Source of the DNA: Selaginella moellendorffii | Taxonomy: Eukaryota; Plantae; Lycopodiophyta | DNA: 64,000 nucleotides | Direction of reading: 5' to 3' | Assembly (NCBI RefSeq): GCF_000143415.4 | Contig: NW_003314311.1 | Span: forward strand, 478,181 to 542,180 | Shown: positions 1 to 13,184 of the stretch, piece by piece | Numbering within the stretch: position 1 is the stretch's first letter | Layout of the letters: the number at the start of each line of letters is the position of its first letter | Made by a program: the position numbers and the translations under genes | Notes under the pieces: model-generated | The model's database searches: none | What the model was told of the DNA's origin: nothing | What the model saw: only the letters and a program-made list of their open reading frames with translations

Positions 1-500
1 ATTTTTACATGCTCAATACACAACGGGAAGGCCTCCCTATGGCGAGACTGCAGATATGTTTTTTGAAAAGTCATGAGCAGATTCCATAGCCCTATCTACC
101 ATATGGACGTGGACACTGCATATCCGCTAACTCTACAAGCTGCCTCTAGTGCAATGGATCCAAGATCATGGTGGAATGTGATTCACGAACTCCTGCCCAG
201 CTATGCTGAACTCCTATGTGCAAATTAGTGCCTCATTGAGCTAATGATACACATCCATAATTGCTCACGGACAGCAGGTATGGCTTAAGCAGTTGTCAAG
301 ATTGTGTTAACACAAGGTTCGATGAGTGCAGGGTTCATAGCACATTTTTGTTAAGCTACTGCCTTCGCTAGCTAGGCTTCCATTTGCCGGTGATTACTCT
401 CCATGATCTCTAACTGCAACAGGCTAGGCATATTTTTCATGGGAACTGACTTCTTTATCCATACACTAATCCTCAACCCTTTCCCTTACCCTCCAGAGGT

Positions 501-1198
501 TCACCTCCTATCCACGCCCTCCAGAGGTTTACCTTCCGCATCCACGTAGCAACGACGGTCGCGGTCAAATATACTTATGTCATACTTGGGGCCCTTCAAA
601 GGCGCTCCACGGCTGCATGCAAGTGTCAAACACCCAAAAACAAAAAAGAAAAAAAGACAAAAAAAAAAACAAAAAGAGATGAACTCACTAATAGCCAACC
701 CTCTGGAGAGCCTCCTTGAGTGCTACCGCTGATTCCCACTGCTCTTTTGGGAGGTCACAGTTCTTTGGGTCATTGTCTGACCCATGGATCCAATCAACAA
801 ACTTGCTCTTTCGAAAGCCTACCGACACATGGTCCGTCCTGTGTGCATTGGACCAAATTTGTAAGCTCGGACATAAGGTCAAACCACAAACCTTTTCAGC
901 CTTTCAATTCGCCGTCGCATTGTACTTTCACCATCCGGGTTGAATTTCATCACTAATTCGAGCATCGTAAAAATTTATGTGTAGAGGAGGCATGAAGAAG
1001 ACACTTACTCGGAACAGCTTTCCTTTTTTTCAGAAACTCCTCTCTCAGTGAAGCAGCCACCGCGGCATCATCCAGAAAGGAGGGAATGAGCGACCGCAGC
1101 CGGCTGAGTGGCATGTCATGGATTTTGGCGTATATCTTACCCTTCTCATCCGCCGCCAGCGGCAATCTTCCAAACCGATCCCACATCTCCGCCGCCAT
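501..1198 (-). CDS. Small 4-exon hypothetical protein (MAAEMWDRFGRLPL...YVDAEGKPLEGVDRR)
   Basis: ORF pieces 953-1201, 688-882 and 501-698 join in frame through GT-AG introns (A|GTAAGT..TAG|TG, AG|GTTTGT..CAG|G, TA|GTGAGT..CAG|C). No recognisable family. Confidence 0.5.
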
Positions 1199-4100
1199 CA
1201 ACTTTAGGGCACATACCTAAAATGGTACATTTGGGGTGGAGGTGGGATTTTTGACTTTGGAGTTGGTTCTAGATCAGTTTTGTGGATGTTTTGAAGACGG
1301 GACAGCTCTGTTTTGCTTGCGTTGCTCACGTCGCTCGCACAACAGCGCTTATGGAGCTCAGGCGTATCTCACAGTGTTAGCTAGATCTAACGGTGGCAGC
1401 CACGGGGCAGCTAAGGTTTGTATTTGCTCTCTTGGGAGCTATCACTGGCACTAATGTCACCCAGCAGCACTTGGACAGAGGTAGATTGTATTGGTATTTA
1501 ATTTGTTTGTATTGAAAATGTACAAAATATAGAAGTACATCATATGAAAAGTCAATGCAATGCTTTCAATGTTTGTGTGTCAACCAAGAACCCCTTGCAC
1601 GTACTTAAGATTCTTCTTCTCTAAGGAATCACCTATCTCAGATGTGCATTGGCTTGCACTGCCTGAAGCCATGACAAGATAATTGCATACATGAATAATT
1701 AAATTTTCATAGAGTTTACAAAATCTATAACCACTGCCCATCTCCATGCAAATTAAATTAGATACAAAAAGTTATGAACTTAAATGTGCTTGCTAAAGGA
1801 AAAGATTGGGTTGTGCAGCTGCTTTGTTTTGTTGGTAGCATTGGAGACTTTTAGCTTTGATCATGGAGTTACACATTCCAGAACTGACGTTAGCACTAAC
1901 ACCAAATACGTAAGGTGTTATAAATTTAAATCTGATACCTCGTATGGATTGCATGATCAAAGCACCAAAAATTTTCCTTATCATCTCGTAAATAGCTCCT
2001 GGCTTATGACCATCACTGCTTCTAATATATGGGATCCCACCCATTAGAACCCTCTGATGAAGGCCAGAGAGGCCTGAGCCTAGAGATCGAAACTCGACTG
2101 GCTGTGAGCATGTTTTAAGGCCCAGATCCTCTAAAGTGTGGTCATGCCCACAAATCTAGTGCTTCTTCACCAGATCTTTCCATCATTCTAGCATATCACC
2201 CGGCTTGCCTGCTGGAACCTCCTGTCGCAGCTCTCCTTCAAATGTTGCTCGCTCCGCAAAAATATGACATTTTCCTCGAGGCAAGAATCCTGGAAGCACT
2301 GGATCTAAGGAGCTGAGATTTGGGTCCCCTAGGTTGTAGCTACTGGAGCTCAGTTGCCCTGCTTTGGCCACCTCACATGGCGCCAAGCAGCATCTTCTTC
2401 CCAATCGACCAAGGAGAGCGGCGACAGCCAGAGGGCTGGTAAAAGGAATCTTTCGCATGACAAGGAGCGAGAAAAAAAATTCCCAGGACATTTACCACTA
2501 TCCCCCACTTTCCCCTTGTTGTGTAGGAAACTTCACAGCGGTAAAAGGAAATTTCTTATCGCTCTTGCAAATGAGGAGAGATGAACATATTCCTTTTCCT
2601 TGTCAATTTTCTTAGAGTCACCTATCTGGGGAGGGTTTTTCTCCAACTCTTTCTCTCCTCCAATCTCTTCCAAATAGTCAGCTCCTTTTGGTGTTGGCAA
2701 AACCTTCCAAATGTGGCAAGCCTGGGTGAAAATAGTCTAAGTTGGTTTTAATCCACATAGCGATTGGTCCATGGGTTGTTCTCTTCTTCTTCCTTTTGCC
2801 CTGACTGCTCTTGAGCATATCTGGCTTGCCAATTGCAGCTCTAGGGGTCTTCTTGTAGCAGGATTTCTGCCCACCAGCTCACAGTACCAAAAAGATGTTG
2901 CATATGGATTTTCTAGTGAATCTTTCCTACTCCTACCTTCTTAGTCATGACAGAAATGGCTTTTGGTTCTTTCTTAGGCATTGCCGTGTTCTCAAATGTG
3001 CCTGGAAACATTATTGATCTCCAACTATTCCCAATGCATTTTACCCAAGAAGGTGTCAAGCTTTTTCTTGCACCAAAACTTGCTCCTAGCCACTCCAACT
3101 CACTAGAGATTCTCTCAAGACTTCCAGCACACTTGGGATTGTTGTATTTCCACAAACAACTTCAAGATTCCCTCCCTACTATAATGATGGGACAAACTCA
3201 GAATTCTCTCATGACACTCCAAAACTCACAAAGAATACTCTCTTCCTTCCAAAAAAGATGGAAATTTATTTCTAAAACCAAAGTAAAAGGTCACTCCATC
3301 CTTGGCTTTATATCCTCTAAGCCTTAGATTCTCACATTCCCGTGTCTGTTTTGTATGCTTCTATCATGTTTTTGCCACACCTTATGATCTTTATGGATCC
3401 TCCCAAGCTATACCAAGCTCCAGAGATGTCTGATTCCTTCCTATCAAAATTCTGTTTTACTCACAAGATACTAAAGTTTGCTTAGCTGAGAAAGCATATG
3501 CTTAATAATGCATAGCAACTTTTACCCTTGATCATCTGAAAAATATTTTCGCAAGAAAGGACCAAAACAACTCAGAATAATCCTTTACTACGTATAAGAA
3601 ACTGACCAACTCTAGTTTGGACGACCATCTAAAGAGCACCCTCTCAAGGATCTTACCCTGTATAACCTCATAACCAGTCGCCCACTCACATTTGTCAGTG
3701 CCACACTTGTGACTTGGGAGCGTCAACAGTGATGACGCCTCCACAAATCTGGAGCTCCAAGAAGTTCATGTTGGGGTTATGTAACTCAAGGTTAGCGTCT
3801 ATCAGTCGCAAGCACAAATTTGCCTTTCTCACACTCTTGATATGAAAGCCTAGAGTGCATCCCATAAGCCTTGCCAAGCGTAGGAGGGATTTGATTTGGA
3901 TACGTGAGATAGCACAGATGAAGTGCTCCTCAAGGTGTCTTGGCACCCATCAGTGATAAGTGGAGGACTATGAGGAGGATTTGCAACACAGACCTATTTA
4001 GAGATGCTAAGGACAGGAAGAAGAGATCTAGCACTACTTCTCTAACCCACAAGATTAAAGACTTTGAGCCTTGAAGTGAAGAGGTTGGTGTTGCACACTA

Positions 4101-4287
4101 CTGCCTCCAGACTACTATTGAAAACTCTTCCAGACTGTGGAATGATTCAAAGAGAGGGCAAAGCACTTGCTGGAAATACTTGAATGGGTACTTATATTGA
4201 CATCTCGTCAAAGCGAAAGACATCCCTAAAAGCCTCCTACAAACTATTGGAATTGCCATAAGTGAGTACATTGATAAAGTTTGAATA

Positions 4288-5829
4288 TTAGTTATTAAAG
4301 CCACTCAAGCTAGTGAGGCTCCAAATGCTTGCAAGTAGCAGGTAAGTCACAGCATTTTGATCACTCAAGCTAAACAAGTTGTTTGTTACTCGAGCTCCAA
4401 GCTCCACATTGTTATGATTCTTGCAGGCACCAAGCAAACATGTCCACTCCCATGAATCTGGACAAAATGGCATATATGCTATGAGCTCTCCAGCTTCTTC
4501 TAGTCTTCCAGATCGAGATAAGAGATCCACAATGCAACAGTAGTGCTGCTTCGTTGCTTTCAATCCAAAATCCACAGTTAGTGAAACAAAGTAAGAGATT
4601 CCAGCTTGGGTTCTTCCAAGGTGAGTGCATGCTAATAAAACACACACAAAGGAAGCCTCATCTGGATTGATATTAAGCTCCATCAAGTAGAAGATGTCAA
4701 GAACCTCCAATGGCCTTCCATTTTGGGCATAACCAGCAAGCATAGCATCCCATGAAACACTGTTTCTCTCTTCCATGGAATCAAAGAGATGTCTTGCCAT
4801 GTGAAGATGCCCGTTCTGAGCATATGCCGAGAGCATGGCCGTCCAGGAGAGAATATCTCTTTCCTTCATTGAGTGAAATATTTTCCATGCTTCTTTAAGG
4901 TAACCATGCTGGGAATATCCTGTGAGCATCGCATTGAAAGAGACGAGGTTGTGCTCTTGCATGGAATCAAACACGTATTTTGCTAACTCTAGATGCCCGT
5001 TTTGGGAATAAGCTGAGATCATAGACGTCCAAGTTACTATGCTACGCTCTTCCATAGTGTCAAAAATTTCCTTAGCTTTATCTAAATTACCATTTTCCGA
5101 ATAAGCTGTTAAAATAGCATTCCTAGACACCAGATCCACCTCTGGTATAGTTTGAAATATTCCTTCTGCTTCTACAATATGCTCTTTTTCAGCATATGCT
5201 GCCAACATTGCTGTCGAGGAAACAAGATCATGTTCTGGCATAGAGTCAAATATGGTTTTAGCATCTGTTAGTTTCCCATTCTCAGTTAGACCACTGAGCA
5301 CACAAATCCAGGAAACTAGATTTGTCTCTTTGTTATGCTTCATGTCGTCAAACAAAATCTTTGCCTTGTCAAGATGCCCGGATCGAGAATATCCCGCAAG
5401 CATCGCAGTCAAAGCTACAAGGTCCCATTCTGGCATCTGGTCAAAGCAGTATTTCGCCTTTTGCATGCATTCGGATTCTGTAAAGGCGACAAGCATCGAC
5501 GTCCATGAAATCAAATCCCTCTCTGGCATTGCATCAAAGATACCCTTTGATTCTTCAAGATACCCCGTTTGGGCATATGCAGCAAGCATTGCATTCCACG
5601 ACACCAGATTTCTCTGCGGCATCTGTTCAAATATTTCACGCGCCTCATATGTAAATCCATTTTCAGCATATGCCGTAATCATCATTACCCAAGCAAAAAT
5701 ATCTCTATTTCTGCTGGAGAGATTGTCGAAAACTCTTCGTGCAGTGTGTGGATTACCCTGTTTGCCATGGAATCTTATTAAAGAACGCTCTATCATAGAA
5801 TATGTATGAGGATAGAAATAGTAGATCAT
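4288..5829 (-). CDS. PLS-class PPR protein with E domain, no DYW (organellar RNA-editing factor type)
   Basis: Intronless 513-aa ORF of tandem ~31-aa repeats (e.g. MPQRNLVSWNAMLAAYAQTGYLEESKGIFDA), then HYCCIVDLLSRSG..WTCLLGACK..YLLLASI E region. Confidence 0.92.
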   Translation of the reverse strand: MIYYFYPHTYSMIERSLIRFHGKQGNPHTARRVFDNLSSRNRDIFAWVMMITAYAENGFTYEAREIFEQMPQRNLVSWNAMLAAYAQTGYLEESKGIFDAMPERDLISWTSMLVAFTESECMQKAKYCFDQMPEWDLVALTAMLAGYSRSGHLDKAKILFDDMKHNKETNLVSWICVLSGLTENGKLTDAKTIFDSMPEHDLVSSTAMLAAYAEKEHIVEAEGIFQTIPEVDLVSRNAILTAYSENGNLDKAKEIFDTMEERSIVTWTSMISAYSQNGHLELAKYVFDSMQEHNLVSFNAMLTGYSQHGYLKEAWKIFHSMKERDILSWTAMLSAYAQNGHLHMARHLFDSMEERNSVSWDAMLAGYAQNGRPLEVLDIFYLMELNINPDEASFVCVLLACTHLGRTQAGISYFVSLTVDFGLKATKQHYCCIVDLLSRSGRLEEAGELIAYMPFCPDSWEWTCLLGACKNHNNVELGARVTNNLFSLSDQNAVTYLLLASIWSLTSLSGFNN

Positions 5830-5861
5830 AACATCTTTTGACCGTTTAAAACTTCCATTCC

Positions 5862-7943
5862 ATGAACCAGCTTGATAGAAACTCTTGCATTCTTGAGCTC
5901 AAGTCGTGCAAAAGCCTTGATGCTGCCAAAAATCTCCACTCCAAATTCCACGCCCTGATCTTTCAATCCGACGCCTACGTCCCCAACAAGCTCGTGGAGC
6001 TCTATGGCAGATGTGGGAGTGTCAATCTTGCCCGTTCGGTGTTTGACGGCATCAACAACAAGGACATCTACTCCTGGGTGTTGATGCTCTCGGCATATTC
6101 CAGAAATGGGCATATTCAAGAAGCCCGTAACACGTTTAACAGCATGCAAGAGCACAACTTAGTAGCCTGGAACTCGATGCTTACAGCATATGCCCAATCC
6201 GGGCATCTGCTAGATGCTCGGGATCTTTTCAATTCCATGCCAGAGAGAGACCTCGTCTCCTGGACCACAATCACTGTGGCATATGCGCAGCGTGGCTATA
6301 TAGAGTCTGCAAAGGCTCTCTTTGATACCATGCCTGCAAGAGATCTAGTTACTCTTACCGCAATGCTAAATGCCTATGCACAAAACGGACACTTGGACGA
6401 GGCAAAGTTTGTGTTTGATTCCATGAAGGAGAGAAATCTAATTTCCTGGAATGTGATGCTCACGGCATTTGCTGGTAGTGGGTTTCTCCAAGCGGCCAAA
6501 GATTTGTACCATTGTATGCCCGAGCATGACTTGATAACGTGGACGGCAATGTTGGTAGCGTTCGCATCGGACGGTCAAGTGGAGCAGGCCAAAAGAGTAT
6601 TCGATCAAATGGACGAGAGGGATTTAGTCGCGTGGAATGCCATGCTTTGTGCATATGCCGACAATGGGCATCTGGAAGAAAGTAAGCGCTTGTTTGATTC
6701 CATGAAAGAAAGGAATATCGTCTCTTGGACTGTACTGGTCACTGCATATTCCGAGGTCGGGTATATTCGTGATGCGAGAATCCTGTTTGACGGGATGAAG
6801 GAGTGGAGTTTAGTGACTTGGAACGCGATGCTCTCGGCATATGCCCAAAATGGTCAAGTCCTTAAAGCAAAGAAGCTGTTTGACGAAATGGACGAACGGG
6901 ATGCTGTCACGTGGACCGCGCTGATGGTGGTTTACGCACAAAACGGACATCTTAAAGACGCAAAGCTCTTGTTTGATCGGATGGAGCACTGGAATCTCAT
7001 CACATGTAACGTTCTCCTTTCAGCATATACCGATTCCGGGCATATTGATTCCGCGCGTGAACTGCTAGAGAGCATGCTTGAGCGGGATGTTGTGTCGTAC
7101 AACTCAATGCTATGCGCATATGCCCGTCACGGGCATCTGGAAGATGCCTGGAGAATCTTAGAGCTCATGCCGGAGTGGAATCTCATCACCTGGAGCGCAT
7201 TGTTCTCGGCATATGCCCAGAGAGGGTATCTGGAGGAGGCCATGAAGATGCTTTACAACATGAGCAGCGAGCCGGTCGTGTCATGGAATGCGGTACTATC
7301 ATCGTACGGACAACACGGCTACATTGACGAGGCCAAAGCGGTGTTTGATGGAATCAAGGATAAAAACTTGGTAACTTGGTCGGCAATGGTTTCCACGTAT
7401 GGACAGAATGGTCGACCCCTTGAGGCCAGGCGAGTCTTCGATTCGATGCATGAGAGAAACTTGGTGGTGTGGAACTCCATTCTTGCCTCTTATGCGCGAG
7501 CGGGGCTTTCCAGCGAAGCTTTTGAGCTTTTCTATGGCATGAACATGATAGAGTTTCCAGACGATGTATCGTTTGTGTGTGTTCTTGTAGCTTGCAACCA
7601 TCTGGGCGAGGTTTACCCTGCAAAGTTTTGCTTTGGGTCGATCGCCATGGACTTCGGCTTGGTTCCTACGAGACAACACTACTGCTGCGTGATTGATCAG
7701 CTCGGACGAGCTGGTTTTCTCAGCGATGCCGAAGATCTTATCAAAACCATGCCTTACTCGCCGGATGCGCTGGACTGGAGTTGCCTGCTTGGAGCATGCA
7801 CGAACCAGAAGGATCGCCGGCGAGGGGAACAATCCACCAAGTGTGTTCTTGAGCTAGATCGAAAGGATGGGTCGGCTTATGTGTTACTCTCGAACATTTA
7901 TAAGTCCAGTTTGAAAGCCAAACTCTCTCATTCTGGTCTGTGA
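5862..7943 (+). CDS. PLS-class PPR protein with E domain, no DYW
   Basis: 693-aa intronless ORF with a long array of 31-aa PPR motifs and C-terminal HYCCVIDQLGRAG..WSCLLGAC..YVLLSNIY. Confidence 0.95.
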   Translation: MNQLDRNSCILELKSCKSLDAAKNLHSKFHALIFQSDAYVPNKLVELYGRCGSVNLARSVFDGINNKDIYSWVLMLSAYSRNGHIQEARNTFNSMQEHNLVAWNSMLTAYAQSGHLLDARDLFNSMPERDLVSWTTITVAYAQRGYIESAKALFDTMPARDLVTLTAMLNAYAQNGHLDEAKFVFDSMKERNLISWNVMLTAFAGSGFLQAAKDLYHCMPEHDLITWTAMLVAFASDGQVEQAKRVFDQMDERDLVAWNAMLCAYADNGHLEESKRLFDSMKERNIVSWTVLVTAYSEVGYIRDARILFDGMKEWSLVTWNAMLSAYAQNGQVLKAKKLFDEMDERDAVTWTALMVVYAQNGHLKDAKLLFDRMEHWNLITCNVLLSAYTDSGHIDSARELLESMLERDVVSYNSMLCAYARHGHLEDAWRILELMPEWNLITWSALFSAYAQRGYLEEAMKMLYNMSSEPVVSWNAVLSSYGQHGYIDEAKAVFDGIKDKNLVTWSAMVSTYGQNGRPLEARRVFDSMHERNLVVWNSILASYARAGLSSEAFELFYGMNMIEFPDDVSFVCVLVACNHLGEVYPAKFCFGSIAMDFGLVPTRQHYCCVIDQLGRAGFLSDAEDLIKTMPYSPDALDWSCLLGACTNQKDRRRGEQSTKCVLELDRKDGSAYVLLSNIYKSSLKAKLSHSGL

Positions 7944-8090
7944 ATGTATTCTTTCTTCTATTATAATAGATGAGAATGTAAAACTTTGACCACCTTTTAA
8001 GACAACAATATATCCTGTAATTTTATCAATAAGAATGTATGAGGATTTTTTAATTTTTAATTTTTTCTCCTTCTTTCCACTGTGTTTTCT

Positions 8091-8098
8091 TAGGGTTT
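8091..8098 (+). promoter_or_regulatory. Telo-box (TAGGGTTT = AAACCCTA reverse) upstream of the POLLUX-like gene
   Basis: Exact octamer ~40 bp before the putative ATG. The same motif occurs at 57542-57549 and 58771-58778 near other gene starts. Confidence 0.4.
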
Positions 8099-8137
8099 GT
8101 GTGATCGCGCTCTTAGACATTGGAGCGCGCATGAGTT

Positions 8138-11100
8138 ATGCATTTCTTTTGTCGCGTTAAAGTCCATCTTCGTCCGCACCCGCACCGAGAGACACGGACA
8201 GGTAACTTGTCATCTTTTGTTATCTTTCTTCGAAGAGCTGTGATCATAGATGATGTTGCAATTGCCCGGCATAGCGAGCAATCCCTTGTGGCTCTCACCG
8301 TCTCCACACCGGCAATGTAGCAGGTAGAGTGCTCTAGAAATGGTGTTACAAAGAATAGAAGTTAGAAAAATCTCACATTAGCTCTCTCTGCACAGGCCTG
8401 TGCGAGCGAGGAGGAAATGGTCAATCTATGCATCCAACAAAGGTACTGCGATTGAAAGGAGAGAAAAATCGTGTCGAAGAATAGCTAAAGTATGAGCTTT
8501 CCAGGCTCCAAAGGAGATGGAGAATTGTTTCAAATGCTGCAAAGGTTCATGCGAAAGAAAGCGAGGGCCCTCAAGGGGGATTTAACAACATTGCGAACAG
8601 CAAACCATCACCGTAGACCTCTCACAAGAGTATGTATCTTTTTCGACTTTTCTCGCTCCGATCAATTCCACTCTACTTTTCCTTCTTTTGTCTCACAGAC
8701 TGTGACACTTGGCCTGATTGCGGTCTCAGCAACGCTCTACCTTTGGAACTTGAAGGCTTCGGTTGCAAATATCTTGAAAAGAGTTTGCGTCGAGGCACTG
8801 TCGAGGTCGTCCTTGAATCGATTCGCGTCTATCAGCCTCTCTGCGCTATCAAACCACAGGAGAGAGTTTGTAGCAAACTTGAGGTGGTCCATCGCCCATC
8901 TCTCGTATTTACTCGACGTGGTTCTCGAGCGCCATCCTACTTCGTGAGTAAAGCTTCAGGCTCTTTGTTTTCTCATCTTGTTTTGACGCAGATATTTAGT
9001 GATTCTCGGGACAACTTGCGCGGTTCTTATTTTCATTGGAGGCTTTGCTTTCTACCATCTCAGGTAAAAAAATTCTGTTTTTTCTCCTGTGACTGGTAAG
9101 TTTTTTACTCTTTCTTCTAGAACACGTAAGCAAACGCTAGGCGATGCTTTCTGGGAAGCATGGGCGTGTCTTTGCAACTCCAGCACACACCTGAAAGTAA
9201 AACTTACTCTTTTTTGCTTTGAAGTTCTCTCAACTTTTGTTTTGCTTGCAGGAACAAACCGTCGTGGAAAGAGCAACTGGATTGCTACTGGCGATTGGTG
9301 GTTTGATGTTCTACTCGCTCCTTACGAGCACACTCACGGCGCAATTCAAGGTTTTACTTCCGGAGTTCTCGTCTCTTTCTTTTCTAACAGCTTATACATC
9401 AGGATTTCAATCAAACATAACTCTCTCGTTTCCACTTGTAGAGCCGGATGGAAATCTTACGCGAGGGTGCGCTCTTTGAGGTGATGGAGGTCGGGCATAC
9501 TGTAGTCTGTGGCACCAATAACCATTTGAGCACACTGCTCAAGCAGCTCAACAAGGCGCAAGACTTGGCGTTAAAAAATAAGACAGCAACTTCTCGGTAT
9601 TTATATAACTTCGTGGCTTTTTAATTCGTTTTTTCATTTTCCAGAAAGAAGACTGTAGTTCTTCTATCCGAGAAGATGAAGAAAAGCAACAGTGTTGTCT
9701 CCAATACAATCAAAGAATGCAAGGCTTTGAATGTCCTGGTTCGAAGGTAAAGCTCTTTTTAGTGGATCATATTTTTTGAGCTCGAGTCATTCTTGTCCAT
9801 TATTTTGCAGTGGCAAGCTTAACAAGACCTCGACGTTTCAAACAGTTGGTGCTTCCAGAGCCTCTCGTATCATATTTCTTGCGAGGAAAACTGATTCGTA
9901 AGTAGACCATACTAATGCGGTATTGATTGTTGTTTTTTTTTTCCTTTTCTCTAAACCAGATACGAGGCCGACGCAGATGTGGTGCTGTCGGTGCTGGCTT
10001 TGCAGCCATTACGCGAGGAAAAATCGGTGCAGGTTATCGCGGAGGTAATACTTTCTCGGTTTTTCTGGGTGCTAGAAGAACTTTTTGATGAAAACCAGGT
10101 ATCTAAGGAGGGAACAGCTCAATTGCTTCAATCTCTCGCTGGCCAAAACATAACTACTGTGCAAGATTTATCCTCCAAGCTCTTGGTACAGTGCTCTCGA
10201 CAGAATGGTCTTATAGACGTGTACCACGAACTTCTCGATCATGGAAGTATGTCTTTTGGATTCCTCCTCTGTATTATTTCCTGTGTTTCTTTTTATGCCT
10301 TGCAGGACAAGTGATCATTTTGCGACACTATCCGAGCTTAGCTGGTTACAAATATCGTGATGTGCGTCGTAGTTTTCAAGAGGTACCATTCTTTATTCTT
10401 GATATTATTATTATTTTCCTTTTCTTCTGAGAGATTTGATTTCTCTTCACAGGGAATTGTGTGTGGAATTATACGAGATGGTGCAATCAACTTTCATCCC
10501 AAAGATGGTCTTGCCTTGGAGTCTACAGACAGGGTATGAACTTTCTAGTCTTACAGGCGTTATAGCATTTTCTTGTTTTTTTCAGCTAATTATTATTTCC
10601 CACAAGAACAGCAGTGAAGAAGTTAGTATACTTCCCGCGACTGCCCCGGCATTCAACATGGCAAGCGTCGCTAGAAGATCACTTAAACCTCTCTCAAAGG
10701 TAAGTCAAGCTTCCTTTCCAATTATCACAGTTGTAAACATATTTCGTATGGATGGTTTTTTAGATCGAGTGGAGCATTCCCAAGAAAGAGTACATTCTTA
10801 TACTGGGATGGAGACCATCGATGAAAGACATTGTTGCCGAGTATGACGACTATGTTGGTCCTGGAAGCGAGCTGGTAAAAATCTTTTCCCCTTCTAGTTT
10901 TGCGTTCCTTTTCTGAATGGAGATCTATTATTTGCAGCTGATCCTTGCTCAAGAGCCTCTTAAAAAGAGGCAACTGGTAACTTCGCCACTCAAGAACATC
11001 AGAGTTACTCAAAAGATTGGAAATCCTCTAAACGAGACAGACCTGGCAAGCGCGATATCCGAAGTCGAGGCTTGCAAATCCAGCACAGATGCCCTGTCCA

Positions 11101-11918
11101 TTGTGGTCATCATCGACGATAAATGGCAGCAAGAAAGTTCGTTCGCTTTTTCTCACTAAGAACTCAAGTACTAAACCAGTTTTTGTTTATATACAGGCAT
11201 TTCCAAATCTGATAAGCAGTCCATCTACGCACTTCTGCTCGCAGAATCTGTTTGCATCCATTTAAGTCAGGTGGAAAATCGTTCTTTCTTTTTTATTTCT
11301 CATTTTGCTTTACTAGGTTGCAAGCTTAGTTGCAGAGCTTGTAGACACAAAACTTGGAAAACAAGTTGTGAAAAGCCATGACACTTTGACATTCATTGGA
11401 ACAAGCGAGTTAATAGGACTAGTGACAGCCCAAGGTGATTTTTTCGATTTCTATTTTTTATAATTCTTCTATTTTTCAATTGTTTTGGTTTTCACCATTC
11501 CACAGTGGCCGAGAACACGGAGCTAAATGATATATGGACTGAGCTTCTCAATCCCTGGGGAAATGAAATCTATGTCAAAGTGAGAGACCGAGCGAAGCAA
11601 AAAAAAGTTCTCACCAAGGAAACTTTTCTAGGATATCGCTCTCTACATGAAATCTGGAGAGGCTCCAACGTTTCAGGAGCTTGCGGATCGAGCGGTTTTC
11701 CGGGATGAAGTTGCCATCGGCTATAGAATGCACAATAACACAGTAAGTTCTTCCTCTCTGATTGGTTTTTTCTTCTCTTGTTCTTTTTGTTTTCTCATGC
11801 AGTATTTTGTGTATAGGTGATCAATCCAGCTTCTAAAGATGTCCCACTGTGCTTCTCACGAGGGGATTCTCTTGTTGTCATCTGTGAGTTTGAATATGGA
11901 AATTATCAAGGGAATTAA
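8138..11918 (+). CDS. PEC: CASTOR/POLLUX-family ion channel, POLLUX-like 2 / plastid envelope channel (PEC) type, multi-exon
   Basis: Exon translations [29 protein letters not shown] (pore region), [117 protein letters not shown]. Stop TAA 11916-11918. Start exon (8138) is tentative. Confidence 0.88.
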
Positions 11919-12032
11919 TCCAATTTAAGTTTTCTTTAAGAAAAATCAATATACCTTCAGGTATCCAAAAGATAAAATTTTAATTTTTAAGGCTACATTA
12001 AAGATAATTTTTTGTTTGCTTAAGCAAACCTG

Positions 12033-12268
12033 TATGGTAATGAATATACTTAGAATATGCTTGGATATTTTAGGATATTTTACCATCTAATGGTTGTTAT
12101 TTATTTAGATTAATCTTGTATTTATAATTTATAAAAATGTTTATAATTTATAAAATTTCTTGAACCCTTTCTAGTATATTCTTTTTTATTCTATCATCTA
12201 ATGGTTGATGCGCAATAAGATTAATCTTGTGTTTATAAATGATAAACATGCTTATAATTATAAACTTT
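12033..12268 (+). repeat. Dispersed AT-rich repeat, copy 1 (probable non-autonomous TE fragment)
   Basis: Aligns by eye with 43302-43537 (ccatctaatggttgttatt..agattaatcttgtatttataatttataaa..gcaataag..ttataattataaa) and more weakly with 24654-24810. Confidence 0.7.
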
Positions 12269-13184
12269 ATTTGATCAATTGGATTAATAAGAAATTATAA
12301 AACAACTATTAAGCAAACCAAGTGTTGCTACATGCAATGAGTAGCAATTTAGTATTTAACATTTTATTTTTTGGAAACTTTGATGTCTTGTACTACTAAT
12401 AAAGTATTATATTTTGATGCTGATTACTAAATATGTGTTGATTAAATATTAATAAATATGCTAAAAGTGCTCCGAACCATAAAAATATGATGAAGATCAT
12501 ATACATACTTCTTTATAAAATTATTATTTTATTTTCTATTTAATATGCCCAAAAATTAACTACTAATAATAAATTTAATGTTATAATGATATCTTCAAAT
12601 ATTGCAAGATCTCATACTTTACTTTTAGGCACAGTTTTGAAATAATTGTTTTTTTAGAAAAACTAAAATAAAAAGTAGGAAATAAATTTCATTATCCTGT
12701 AATAACAATATCCTACTTATTATAAATATTTCAAACTAAATTTATATTGTTTTAAAGAAATTATTACCTCTATTTAATAATAATAATAATAATAAATATA
12801 TTTTACTTTATTTTTACTATTATTAAATTCAAAAATTTATAATTTATAAATACTAATTAAACATTTGTTAATTATAATAATATTATAATAATTTTTAATA
12901 ATATTAAAAATAAAATATCTAAGATAAAATTCTTTTATAGTAGTTTCTCTGAATAGATTTCCACTTTTATCATACTCCGCAACACATATGTCATATAGAT
13001 TATTATTAAATAATATTTTTATGTTTAAAAAATCATCTTAATCAAAATAATTTAAATAGTAAAGTTATAAAGATAAGTAGCTTATTTTTTTTAGTAATTC
13101 TAAAATCTCTATCAAATTTGGTTAGACACTTATTAAATTTAGCATATTCATTCATATTTATAAATTAATCAAAAAAATATAAAT

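Noticed and set aside
2051-2100. Hammerhead-ribozyme-like words: CTGATGA, hairpin AGGCC-agaga-GGCCT, then GAAAC
   Set aside because: 13 extra nt separate the hairpin from GAAAC, and I find no NUH cleavage triplet with stem I and III pairing. At best a dead relic.
2150-4100. Purine/pyrimidine-skewed stretch with broken ORFs, possibly a TE remnant
   Set aside because: No LTR, TIR or protein motif that I can identify.
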